Source: Vicugna vicugna (Eukaryota). From it: DNA of 64,000 bases. Positions within the stretch are counted from its first letter, which is position 1; each line of letters begins with the position of its first letter. Positions 1-12,300 of the stretch are shown in pieces. Under the pieces are notes generated by a model. The model saw nothing but the letters and a program-made list of their open reading frames with translations, was not told where the DNA came from and made no database searches. Location: positions 558,001-622,000 of the forward strand of contig MU060965.1 in NCBI GenBank assembly GCA_013265495.1, in the 5' to 3' direction. The translations under genes and the position numbers were made by a program.

Positions 1-3000
1 GGTTTGGCAGCGAGAGTGTGCACAGATGCCCCGTGCGGTGCGTTTGAGGTTGAAAATCATGATCTGTGTGTGACTTGGGTGATTTTATCACCTCTGCCTT
101 TGTGGACGGCCACGCGTGGTTCTCTGCACGCGGGATAGCGGCCGTGCTCAGTAAGGGTCCTGCCCCCTGTGTCGCCTGTCTGCACGTGGTGCTGGGGTTG
201 GTGTGTCCAGGACTGAATTTGCTTGTCCCCTGGAGGAGAGCAGCTCCTTGTTCAGGGAGCCCTTTGACTCCTGGGCGTCTGGGGACGTAAGGACGGCCGC
301 GCCACGTGCCTGGCTGCAGGAGGGCCTGTCTCCCAGGAAGACCGCACCTGTCGAAGGTGCATCTCGGCTTAGAGTCCCGCGCAGCAAGGCCGTAGTCCCT
401 GCGTGCTGCCAGGTGACGGTGGCTGTGACCACACCCATGTCCTCGAACCCTCGTCTGCTGCCTGTCCCGGGCCGTCTCCGCGAAGCCCAGAGGGTGAGGA
501 CGGGGAGAGTGTGGAGGTGGCGTGCGGGGCTGGGGCCTGCGCTCTGGTGCCACCTGTGCGCCTGGTGGGGGCTTGTCACCCTGCCGAGTGACACTGTAGC
601 TTATAGGTCGTTGACTTCTGAGGGCAGTTCCATGAGTTTGTTTTGTGCTGGCCGTGGCTCCCGGGCCTTGTCCTGGTGGGGAGGGTTTGCCTGGCTGAGA
701 TGCTGTCATGCTCCGGTGCCCAGGACACTCTGCGGTCAGCGTGGACACTGACAGATACGTCTCGCCATATTAAAACGGTTGTGTGAAGTAGGAAGTGGAC
801 GGTCCCCAGCGTGTGTGCGCCGTGTGGGCTGAGCGTGTGCGTGTCCCACCTCGGCTGCCCGTCCTTCCTGGGCCTCCAGCGTGAGCGGCCTGGTGCGCCG
901 GCCTTTGGAAACCTGTGCTTTCGTGATAAAGGGCCCAACAGTGGCCGAAGCCCTAGCACCAGGCTGGGGTCCGAGGGGGGAGTGCGGCCCAGGGCCACCG
1001 TTGGAGTGGTCTGCACCAGGGGGGTCAGGGCGCCGCCGTCCCCACTGGCAGGACCCTGCCGTCTTCCTTCAGTGAGATCAGTGAGGTGGATCGTTGATTT
1101 GTAGAATTATGGGGTGCTTCTGCCAGAGATGTTGGGGTGCAGGCCTGGGGCCCTCCCCGCCTTGCTCTGGGTGGGAGTCCCGGCCCAGTCCGAGGTCACC
1201 TCCACTCGGGCAGCCCCTGTCGGAGCTCAGCCACTCCCTTTGAAGGTGCTCTGATCCTGCTGTGCGTCCTGTGAGCGTGTGGGTGAGTCCCCAGGCCGAT
1301 GAGAGCCAGAGACCAGAGAAAAGGGTGGCACGTGTGGGTTTCTGAGGGGCGCTGTGCTGAGCCTGGTTTACCAGCCACAGGGGACTTGCCAGCTTGTCTG
1401 AAACACGCATCCTGAGTGTCCTTTCACAGGCTGGGCCTCGAGGATGAAATTGGGGCCAACCCGCTGTTTGCTTCGGTCCTTGGCGGCATGAGCTTGGACC
1501 CCTCGGCCCTTCCCCACCTGGGCCACGAGGGGTGAGCTCTGCCCCTCTGGGTGACCCCAGGAAGACGTCTCCGGCCCTGCTCGTTTCTACAAGAGGCTTT
1601 TCGTGTTTGGAACTGATTTTTGTCCATGTGGGAGGAAACGGGAGCAGCTCTGAATTGGTGTTAAAAAGCAGAAATCACAGCTGGGTGAGAGGTGCTGCCC
1701 AGGGACACCGGCTCTGAGGGGTCTTTTGGGGGCACCTGGTGCGACACGTGGAGGGGAGGTCCTATTCCTTGCGCGGTCGCTGCGCTTTGCAGCCCCGCAC
1801 GTCCGGCGAGGGAGGGCCAGCCAGCAGGGGCTCCCGGAGCAGGAGGTGGGTGGTGCCCACCCTGAGCCGTGCCGTGGTTTCAGGTGCCACTTTCCTCGCA
1901 TCCTCACCTTTTAAAAAGCCCTTCCGCCTGCTGGTTAACCAGTTACCCCTCAGCGTGGAGCGGTTGGAAGGGTCTCGCTCGGAAGCCAGCCCTGGCTTCT
2001 CTCTCCTGCGGTTTCAGGCTGTTTGGGGGCGAGTGGGGATGGGCTGTGGATGCCGGGCTGCGCGGTCACTGCCGGCTGAGGGCCGGCTTCTGGGACGTGG
2101 AGTTGCGTGGGTGACTCAGAGGAGGCCTCACCCTGGCCGCTTCTCTCAGACGATCCAGGTTGTTTGGGCTTTGGCCACGGACGCCGCGGGGTCGGCGAGC
2201 AGGCCCACGGGGCCTGGTCTCGCTCTGTGGCTCGGTGCTGCTCAGGCACCAGCCAGGCCCCGTCCGAACGTGCTGTGCCGGGTGTTGGCTGCAGGGTGAC
2301 AGGCTGGCCTCCTCTCTGTCTGTTGTCTGGACTCAGGACTCTGTTCATTACCCGGTTGTAAACGGGCGTTGGGTTTGATGGAAGGAACCCCTGGGTGTCC
2401 CCCAGGCTCTGACAGGCAGCGTCTCCTGACATGCCTGTACCTGGTGTCCTGTTAAGTAACATTGTGTCACCAGGGGCCTCGGAAGAGGGACAGCGAGCAG
2501 CTCTGCTCGACCCGGCGAGAACCAGGGTGGAATTCTGCCCGGAAGTCAGCCTGACCTTCCAGACCTGCCCCCGGCTCGGCCTGCCCTGGCCTTCCTGCCC
2601 AGGCGGCAGTGCGGGGGTGCCGGCTCCCTCCGGGGTCGCCCTCCGGAGGCTGGGCCGCTCGCAGGTGTCGTTCTCGTAGTAAGTGTGAGCTTTGTCTTTT
2701 GTGCCGAGTGTCCCATCAGAAACTGGTTATCCTTTCAGCAGGGCTTCCGCAGGGAACAGTTCAGGTCGTGTTTCTTGTGCTTGTCAACGTAACGTCAGTC
2801 GTACCAAAGTTAGAAGCCCCAGGAAAAGAAAAAGGGAAAAGGAACCCAGCTGGTGTGTCAGAGGGGTTGCTAGGATTTTGAGTTTGCTGCTGTTGGATTT
2901 TCCCTTGGTCACACAAAGATACGGACGTCCACCACCCTCTTCACGTCAGTGAGAGCCAGTATTTCCCCGAATCAGCATTTTTTCCTACCATGTCGTTTTT

Positions 3001-5382
3001 AGTGGCTGAGCGTTTATTTGACCTGTTGGGAGTTGTAGATGGTCGTTTATTGAAAAAGCGGCCTGAAATGGGAAATACTGAAAACTGGTACGTCCCTACA
3101 CACCTTTGAAAGCCAGACAGGCGAATGCTCACCCCATCCTCACCCCTTGCCCTTTGGGTGTAGAGCGAAGGCGCTTTCTCGGGGAGCAGGTCCGCTGCTG
3201 GGAGTTCCCTGCGGAAGCCGCAGCCCGCGGTGCCCGGTTCTGATTTCTGCAAGTGGCTGAAGGACATACGTAGACATTGGAGACACTGAATGCAACCATG
3301 CAGAGTGTTTTCAACGTTTCCTGGCTTTTGACAACACGCCGAAGCCTCACACGTGTGTTTAAAGTGAGCACAGCTGAGTGGTGGCCAGAAGGCGGGTCAC
3401 CTGAGGGTCCCCAGGGTGGGGGCTGGTTAATGCAGCAGATGCGCTGTTCCACCATGTCCCCTTCCATCCTGGCATCAGAGATTCCGGTAGTTTCCAGTTA
3501 AATCTCTCAAGTTCGCACAGACCCATGGTGACCCTCAGGTTCTGAAAGTGTGGCTCTGGGTGGACACCTCACGTGTGCAGGGTCGCTGGGCTGTGGTCGG
3601 TGACTCTGAGATGGTCGTGCCGGTTTGCACGACTTCCGTCAGGTCGCAGGAGAGAGCCCACTTTAACGTCCCAGCGTCAAAGCTGAGTCGGGTAACAACT
3701 TAAAAAACCCGCACAGCGCGCTCCACTTGGTAGGTGAGAGTTTAAATTGCATTGTTTTAGTTTGCATTTTTCGGTTTAGAGTTTGGATATTTTCCTCTTA
3801 AACAGCGTTTCTTTGTGATCGAGGAGCGTGCCCTGTGCCCGTCCTCTGTCTGGGCGCTGACTTCCTGCCCGTTGCCTCCACTGCAAACACGGGGACGCTA
3901 AACCTTCGTGTCACCACAGCAGAAAGCTGGCGTCAGTTCTGTTGCTCAGCACCAGTGGTCAGGGACGGTCGTTCCAGCGTGAACCCGTGGAGGACACACC
4001 TTGGGTTCACACCGTGAAGTTCCCCGTTGGGTGCGGGCAGCTTCTGGTGTCTGGATGTCAGGCTGCACCTCCTCTGTGGTCTGAGGCCGCCAGGGTCTTT
4101 CTGCGTCCCTGCCCCTCCTGGGGGTGGGTGGTCTCAGCCCTGGCTGGTCCTCTCTCTGCTTGGGGGGTTCGTGCCCGAGTACCCAGCGTGGGTCTGATCT
4201 TTGCTGTCTGTTTGCTTTTCAGGAAAATCAGGGTTTGCGTGCAGATCCCTTTTGCCAAGTTGATGGCATCTGAATCCTGTTTTGCAGGGAAGTGGGGTGA
4301 GGGGGAGGCTGTGCTGGGTTTGGGAGCCGGCATGCTTGCCGTTTGCTCCAGGTGAGGGCGCGCCCTCCTGGAGGTGGCGTTGCTTTAGCGCTGCCTCTGA
4401 AAATCTCTCGTTTTCTAAGTTTAGGTGTCTTGTTTGAAACCACGTGCAGCGTGACAGACAAACGTTTGCCTTAGTGTTGCCCCAGGAGTCGCCCGGGAGT
4501 TAGGACGGCCGTGGGCTCGGGGTGTCCTTCCTCGTTCTCGATGCTCCCCGTGCCGTGCCCCCAGCACACTCGCCATGTGGGCTCAGGGAGGTCACAGAAT
4601 TAGAGTCTGGGGGCTTTTCCACTGCAGGGAACGTTGAGCCCTGCTGTAGTCTGAGGGGTCAGCAGGGCACTTCCAGGGGAAGAGGACGTGGTGGGGCCCC
4701 CCTCCTCCCACAGGTGTAGCCCTGCTTCCTAACACACTCGAAGCTGGCTCCGGGGGGCTGCAGGACCCGCTTTGACTTGGGGTGGGAAGGGGAGGGTCTC
4801 GGGCAGCCTCAGGCCCCACCCCCCATGGCGACGGTGGCACCGTCCTCCCTGGTTTGAGTGATGTATCAGTGACATGTGGCCCAGGGGCTCGGGACTCTGC
4901 CGGGTCCTCGTTTGTGCCAGTCCTTCCCTGGGGGGACCCGTGGGGGGTGTCCCTGCCATCCCGTGGCCCCGAAGGAGAGCTATCCTTGTGCGCCCGGGCT
5001 GATGGTGTGGCTGACGGACGGTGTGTCGTGTGGCCCGGCTGACCCGCCGTCTGCAGGATGAGAGGAGAGGGATGTGCCTGCTCGGCCACCATCCCTGGTA
5101 GACAGACCAGTGTGGGCAGCCTGACAGCTGCTCCCTGCAGCCACTTTTCAGCTGGCCTGGGACTTGGTCCAGGCTGGCAGTGGAGAGGCGTTGCCACGGC
5201 CGGTCTCAGAAGGTGTGCTGGGAAGAGGCTCCCGCCCGGGGCTGCGGCCCCAACTGTGTGTGGGCGGACAGGGCCCAGGGCGGGCGGGGCGTGAGGGGCT
5301 GTGCTGCCCGGGCCACCGAGGGCTGGGTGGTGTGGGGCTGCACCCAGATCCCTCTGCTTTCACGCCTGGCTCTCGTGTGCAA

Positions 5383-5502
5383 TGTGTGCTTTGGCGTGTA
5401 TGCCCGTGTGTGTCCATTTGCGTGCGCGGGTGTGTGTGTGTAGTGTGTGTGCATGTGGTAGGCGTGGCGTGTGTGTGTTGTCTTTGTGTGCACGCACGCA
5501 CG
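5383..5502 (+). repeat. (GT)-rich low-complexity repeat in TFDP1 intron 2
   Basis: Interrupted tgtgtg tract. Confidence 0.8.
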
Positions 5503-6263
5503 TCAGGTCAGGTGGCAGAGCTGGGGTTGGGCCCCTTGCCCACAAGCAGAGCCCCGTGTCCCTTGGTGGGGACGCGGAGAGAGGATACTCAGCAGAGGAG
5601 CCCGTGGCCCCCGGGTGTGGGATCTCAGTGCAGGCAGTGTGGTGCCCACACCGGGCGGTGGACTTCAGGCCCGTCAGGGGAGCAGGTCCCACTGTGTCCC
5701 ACCCCGGAGGTGTCCCGGCGACAACCCAGTGGCCCTGGGCCCTCCAGAGCAGGTGTTGGGTGCACAGGCCTCTCTCAGCTCATGTTTGCCTTTGCCTGGC
5801 TGGGCCTGACCGTGAGGCTGCCTGCATCCCTGCACGGTCGCCTGGAGACAGGATAGGGCCCCGGGGTCGCAAAGGGGAGGGTGGATGAAGTGGGGCCCCC
5901 ACTAGGCTCCTTCTGGGCCCGGGGGTGGCTGTCCCCACGTGGGGGCGACGTGGCCAAGCTGCAGGTCCTTGTGGGGCTCTCCGGCTGGATCAAGGTGATG
6001 CCCTGCGGTCACGCCTCTGCCATCCTCGGACGTGACCCTTGAAGTGACGTGCGACCGGTGCCTGGAATACGAGTATTCCACGGTGTCTTAGGCTAAGCTT
6101 GAGAGGCTGGAGCCTTCACGCGCTCTTGTTTATGCTGATTGTCGCAACAGGACCGACGGGTGAGGGCCCTGCACGCGGCCCTGCGGGGGTGACGGGGATT
6201 GTCAGCAGGGTGACCCCATCCCGCCTGGCAGTCCTGTTCATTCTGTTGTTGTTGCTCCCGCAG

Positions 6264-6330
6264 GCCGGCCTGATTGAAGCCAACGGGGAACTCAAGGTCT
6301 TCATAGACCAGAACCTCAGTCCTGGAAAAG
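6264..6330 (+). CDS. TFDP1: TFDP1 coding exon ([22 protein letters not shown])
   Basis: cag|GCC...AAAG|gtaag, 67 bp. Confidence 0.96.
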
Positions 6331-9300
6331 GTAAGGGCGCCTGTCTCGGGGCCGCACGTCTGTGGAGCAGCGTGTTCCCTGTTACGTGTTGTGTTGTGTA
6401 TGTGTGTGTGTGTGTGCGCGCGCGTGCACGTGCCTCTCTGGCCGTGGGGCCCAACGGCCCGGGCTCGGCAGCCCTCAGAACTCAGACAGCTGCGCCCACT
6501 GTGCATGCACGTCTGTGGCCTGGTTTATTTTGGTTTGTAAGTTGAACGCTATTTGCAAAGATTCAGGAAGCGTGGAAAAGTGTGGGGGAGTAACCGCAGG
6601 TCACGTGCCTTCCCTCCGTCTTGCACCCGGCCCGTGTGAGCCGCGTGTGTCTGCGCCACTTGGGGGGTCTGTCACAGCCCCTCCCCGGGGCCCAGAGCTC
6701 GCAGCTCCTCCCTAAAGACGAGGTGGGCCTGCCAGCAGGTGCGTCTGAGGCAGCGGCTCCTCAGACATGGAGTCGCTCCATCAGGCAGATGCCGCCGTTC
6801 TGTCTTTTAAAAATCTCTCACATGTCAAAGACAGTTTTTAAAACATTTGCTCTTGTTAAGATGCAGGTCTCTGCTTTTAGAGGAAAGTAAAACTCAAAGC
6901 GGAGAAGCCTGCTTCTGTTTACAGCAGATAATGTAAATGTTGTCGGTGTCGGTTGGTAGAAGTGTCGCTATTCAGGCAGTCGAACTGCAGGAAGAGTATC
7001 TGTCCCGACCAACTGGGTTACTAAGAGAGCCACTCAGTGTTCACGTGTAGCAGCGAAATTCATTGTTCTTTGGAGCTGGAAGAAGTCTGTTCTTTAAAAT
7101 GCATGGCCTGAAAGGGGTTCAGAAGTGCACTTTCCGTCCAGGCTGCGTTGAAGACCACGCTGGAGGTGATGGTGAGCTGCAGCCGGGGGACGTGAGGCAG
7201 AGGCCTCTGCTGACAGCCTTTGTGTGCGGCCCTGCCCGCAGACCCCCTCGGGGTCCCGCAGGGAGCCCCCCTCCCTTGCGGTGAGGCCGTCCAGGCCCTT
7301 CCAGGGTGGCGGGCCAGTGCCCGGGGGCTTGCTGTCACGCTGACCGTGTTTTATTTATTTCTGTAAAACGAAGCTCGTCTTGTTCCGTACCTGCTGCATC
7401 CCCAGGCCCGAGGCGGTGCCGCCAGCAGGCGCTCTCCGCAGGCCCTGTTGTGGAAGGAGCGTTTCCGTCCCTGCCTGGACTTTCCCCCTGCTCAGTGTTA
7501 GCTCGTCTGAGGTGCAGAGAGCCGGCAGCGTGCTCAAAGGTGTTCTTCCTGGAAGTGGAAACGTGGCTCTGCTTCTCAAGGAGAAGTGGATTGTTGAATT
7601 TCTAAACTAGTTTTGCAAACATACAGAGGAGTGTTGGAACACAGGTTAATTCTAGTTTGAAATTCTGTAATTGTCACAGAATTGTAGACTTTTAAGTGCG
7701 GTTACCTCCAGGTCCTGTGGTCCCACCAGAATATTCCGTAGGCGGGCAGACAGCCCACAGGGGTGGGGGCAGACGGGTGACAGCCTGGGCCGCGACCCCT
7801 GGGTGCGGGGCTGGGGGAGGCAGTGTCCCTGCAGCCCCCTTTGGGTTGGAGGGTTCGGCTCGTTGAGTGTTTGCAGCTGAGCCGTGGATCTGACCTGAGA
7901 AGAGCGGGCACAGGACGGGTGTCTCATGAGAAGCGCCCAGAACTCCCCTGGAGCCTTCACTCAGGAGAGACGTGGCCTCTGGTTTCCTTGCATTGCAGGT
8001 GTGGTGTCCCTTGTAGCTGTCCACCCCTCCACAGTCAGCACGCTTGGGAAGCAGCTGTTGCCAAAAACGTTCGGACAGTCCAACGTCAACATCGCTCAGC
8101 AAGTGGTAAGGCCTCCTGTGCGGCCCATGGCGCTGGGCCGCCCCTTCCTTGGGCTCAGGAGCTTGTGGCTAGGGTGCCGATGGTTTCCGAGTGCTGCATG
8201 TCCTTCCCCGGCCCGGGCCTTCCTGTCCTTACGGCAGGACCGGCCAGGGCAGCTTGCCTGCCAGCTGCACGTGCCCCGCCAGCCTCTGTGGTCCTGGACC
8301 TGCCCTGGTGGGCGTTTCCCAGGTGGCCCGTGTGCTCAGGTAGAGTGGCCTGAGGTGGGGGGCGGGGGGTGGACCGCTCCTCAGCCTTGACCCTCCTCAG
8401 GGTGGCCTTCCTTGCCTGCCCGGGATACGGGCTGGTGTCCGTGGGGCCCTCGTGGTGGGGTCAGGGGTCTGCAGGCCGTTAGGCACTGCAGGACAGGGTG
8501 TCCCTGCTCATCCTGGCTGACGGACCCCTGTGCCGGGCACCCTCTCCCCCGAGCACCCACACCAGCCCGTCAGCTGCTGCCTGTGGGTTTGGCAACGCTT
8601 ACCCTGGCTCGGGGCCCCGCGCGGCCGGGAGGAGGGCATTCTCTGCCCCGGCTGCCTTCCCGGCCCGTGTCCAGATGACCCCCCAGGCCCGGGTGTGGTG
8701 GCGTCCGGCTGAAACGCCGTGGTTTTCAAATCGATAGTTTGTAGAGATCCTGGACCTGACTCGGCCTCACGCATGCTCAGTAAACCTTGGTGGAAGGTGA
8801 AGGTTCCGTTTTGTGTTTTGCTTTGCGACCCGTAGCGTCTCGTCTCACAGGTGCTGTGTGTTGTCGCAGTCACACCTGAGAATAGCTCAGTCGTTACAAG
8901 GCTCGGCCTTTGCTGCCGGTTTGAATAACGGGGTGGGGGGAGTAACATGAGATTTTCCGGTTGGTGCGCCTTCCGACCGTCAGCTTTACGAGTCTGAAGG
9001 CTTCGTCCCTTGTTTGGACCCCCGCCCCGTCCTGGAGCAGAGGTAGGGCCGGGAGTCCATCCTCCGCAAGGTACCCGTTGAGTGAGCTGAAGCTCACGCA
9101 TCCCAGGTGCTGCTTCGTCTTTGCGCTCAGGAGGCTGGAAATGAAAGGGCTGGCTGGTCTCACGGGTGGCTGAGGCCTCTGCGTCCTGAGCGAGACCGTC
9201 GGCTGGCCGTCTGCTCTCCTCGTCCCCCGGCTGGCGGGCCAGGCTTGGGGTCCCGGTCAAGTCTGAGGGGGGCCCACAGGCGGGATTTCCCTGAAAAATG

Positions 9301-12300
9301 GTGACAACGGGAAAAAGCCCGCAGTGTCCACCGTGAGGCTGTGGGTAGCGGCCAGCGGGCAGGCGGCGCCCACCGCTCACACCTGCCCTGTCATCGGGGA
9401 AGGCCACTTGGAGTGAGTTGCTGCTGAGTGCCTGCCGTGTGCCGGCTCTCTGTCCCCACCGCAGAGCACTTGGACCGAGAGGGGTGCCACACAGTGGGAG
9501 GATGGTGGCGAGGCCCTGGTGTCCAGTGGGGCACTGACCCTGAGCTGGGTCCCCACCTGGGGGAGCAGCAGCACGTGAGGTCAGCCAGCCTCGCCTCTGC
9601 CAGCCAGGCAGGCGGGTCCTGGGTGCCCTCCGAGGGTGTGACGGCTCTGCGGTCCCCAGTCTGCTGACCGTGGCTCTGGCCGACTCACCTCCCTGTGACC
9701 TGGGGCCCTGTCTCTCACACACTCCTCGTGAGGCCCGCACCTCTGCAGGTGGGCCTCACCCCTCCTGTTGCATTTTTTAGAACTCTCGCTGTTTGATTCC
9801 GTTTTTTGAGTGAGAGTAACCTGCACTTTGAGGAAGGCTGCGGCGAGGCCAAGCCGCTGGGAACGTGAATTAAAAGAATGAAATTCAGCTGAGCTGTTTT
9901 TTCTATGGTTTGTGGATCATTAACATTGACAGGTGACCTGGGCTTAGGGATAATATACAAAGTGCCAGGTCAGCTGTCCCAGGGCCATGGCAGGCAACAC
10001 TTATCCCGCTAAGACGCGGACTCTCCGGAGTGTCCAGCTTAAAATAGCCCGGACACAGCCTCCCTCTGCGGCTGCCTGGCCCTGGAGAGCCGGTGTTGGC
10101 ACGGTTGGCGACGTCACCATGTTGTGAGGCCCTCCTGTGGGGCCGCCGAGACGCAGTGCTTCTGGGTGGCTCCTGGTCTGCAGCGGCACGTCTGAGAAGC
10201 CGGACACGGCTGTTGTCATGTCCCTGTGTTCACGCTGCAACAGTTGTTGACGGGGCCAGAGTTCTGAGTGCTTGTTTGTGTCCCGGGGGCAGCAGGACCC
10301 TGCCTTTGCCCCCAGTGCGGTGGCCTCCCTCCCCGTTGCCCTGTGCCGTTTGGGGTGCCCGGGCCTCCACACTTGGGTGGGCTGGTGGGCACCGCAGCCA
10401 GTCTCACTGGCCCCGTGTTCCTGTTTCTATTTTTCGGGTTGGTTGTACCACCGCTGGAGCAGGGTTCATTCCTGTCCATGTCAGTAAAAGGAAAGGAAGT
10501 TAAAGAGTCAAAAGCTGCAGGCCCACTGTTGACGGCTCCCACGGGCTGGGTCTCCTGCCATGTCTGTGTGGCTGGAGGAGGTGCCTGAGGTCAGCCAGGG
10601 AGGTGGAGGTGCTCAGAGCAGGAGGGAGGTCGTGGACCACGGTCCAGTGTCCGCCGGCACATGGGATCGCTGCTTCCCTGTCTCTGGGGTTAATGGAACT
10701 CAGCAGCGGCCGTAGGTAGTGAGAAGTTGTACATGGGGCTCTCTGACTGATCTGAATCATCTCTTTGACTGTAGGTGATCGGCACGCCCCAGAGACCTGC
10801 GGCACCCAACACGATCGTGGTCGGAAGCCCCCACACTCCTAACACTCACTTTGTGTCACAGAACCAGCCTTCAGACCCCTCACCTTGGTCTGCCGGGTGA
10901 GCATGCACCGAGGTTTACCCCAGCCTCTGTGCCTGCGCGGGCCAACCACCCTGCCGAGGACTGGGAAATGCCGCGCACTCCCAGAGCGAGTGTGTGTGCG
11001 TGTCTGTGTGCGTGTGTGTGTGCGCATGTGTGTGGTCCCGGCGAGGCTGGGCTGTGGAAGAGCCCCCTGTGTTCCGGGGTGGGGTGTGGCTACACTGAAG
11101 AAGAGGAGGAAGCTGGCTGTGTAACGCAGTGGTGACTCTCACACTTGGTGTCCAGACCAGAAAGTGGCGTTTAGCAAAGCGCAGTAAACGTGGTGGCCCC
11201 GCGGCAGCTTCCCCTGCTGCGCCTGCATACGGCCAGGGGGACGGCCCCCCACACGTCCTCGGACCCTTTCTTCCACTGATTGGTTGTACTTGAGGGTCAG
11301 CTGTACGGCTTTCCTTAAAAACAGACAAAAGCTAAGCGTTTGTGTTGGTTCTAAAGCGAAAATCATCGGTGCCCGGAGTCCATCAGCTAAACCGGGGGGG
11401 CCTGTGCTCCGTGTGGCCACTTGGGAGGTTCAGAGGAAGCCCGGATGCGGGGCCTGCCTCCCCGTCGGCAGCACTCTGGGGCTGTCCTGCCCCCGCCCTG
11501 CCTCTCCTCGGCCGCCCGCATGCGCGCCGAGCCCTGACTCCGGCGGGGCTCCCGTAACTGTTGGTGCCGGTGGTGTCTTCTTGAGCAGTGCGCCAGGTCT
11601 CAGCAGGGGTGTCCTGGGTCCCGCCCCCGGGGACGTCTGCTCTCCCTTGCCGGGAGTCGGACGTGAGGTCTGGCCGTGTCCCAGCCCTGCGTGCGCCTCC
11701 CCGGGTGGGCGCCGGCCCTGCTGGCACTGCTGTGCTGAGGCCGTGGCTGTCCCATCTCGTGTCTCTGCAGGAAGCGGAGCAGGAAAGGGGAGAAGAACGG
11801 CAAGGGGCTGCGGCACTTCTCCATGAAGGTCTGCGAGAAGGTGCAGCGCAAGGGCACCACGTCCTACAACGAGGTGGCAGACGAGCTGGTGGCCGAGTTC
11901 AGCGCCGCCGACAACCACATCCTACCCAGCGAGTCGGTGAGTGTGCGGAGGCAGGCCGCCCGCCGGTGAAGGAAGCGGTCGGGCCGCGCGGAGGTTCTGA
12001 GGGATGTTTTCCGCCCTGTTTGTGGGGTGACGCCCGCAGCCCCAGTGCTTTTGTGCGCAGCCCTGCCCGCCTGGCTGCCAGCGAGGTGGGTGCCCCCCCC
12101 CGTGGGATGTGTGCCCCGAGGGCATTCGGGGCCTGACGTCCGACATCGGGAAACCCCTCTACATCCCCACAGGCTTACGACCAGAAGAACATAAGACGGC
12201 GCGTCTATGATGCCTTAAACGTGCTCATGGCCATGAACATCATCTCCAAGGAGAAAAAGGAGATAAAGTGGATCGGGCTGCCCACCAACTCGGCGCAGGA

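Noticed and set aside
1-6263. TFDP1 start exon (ATGGCAAAAGAT)
   Set aside because: Not found; this stretch is intron and the start lies upstream of the window.
8508-9740. 410-aa minus-strand ORF in a TFDP1 intron
   Set aside because: Rich in Pro/Gly/Arg/Ala, no domain motif; long ORFs are expected at this GC content, and the length match to DP1 is coincidence.
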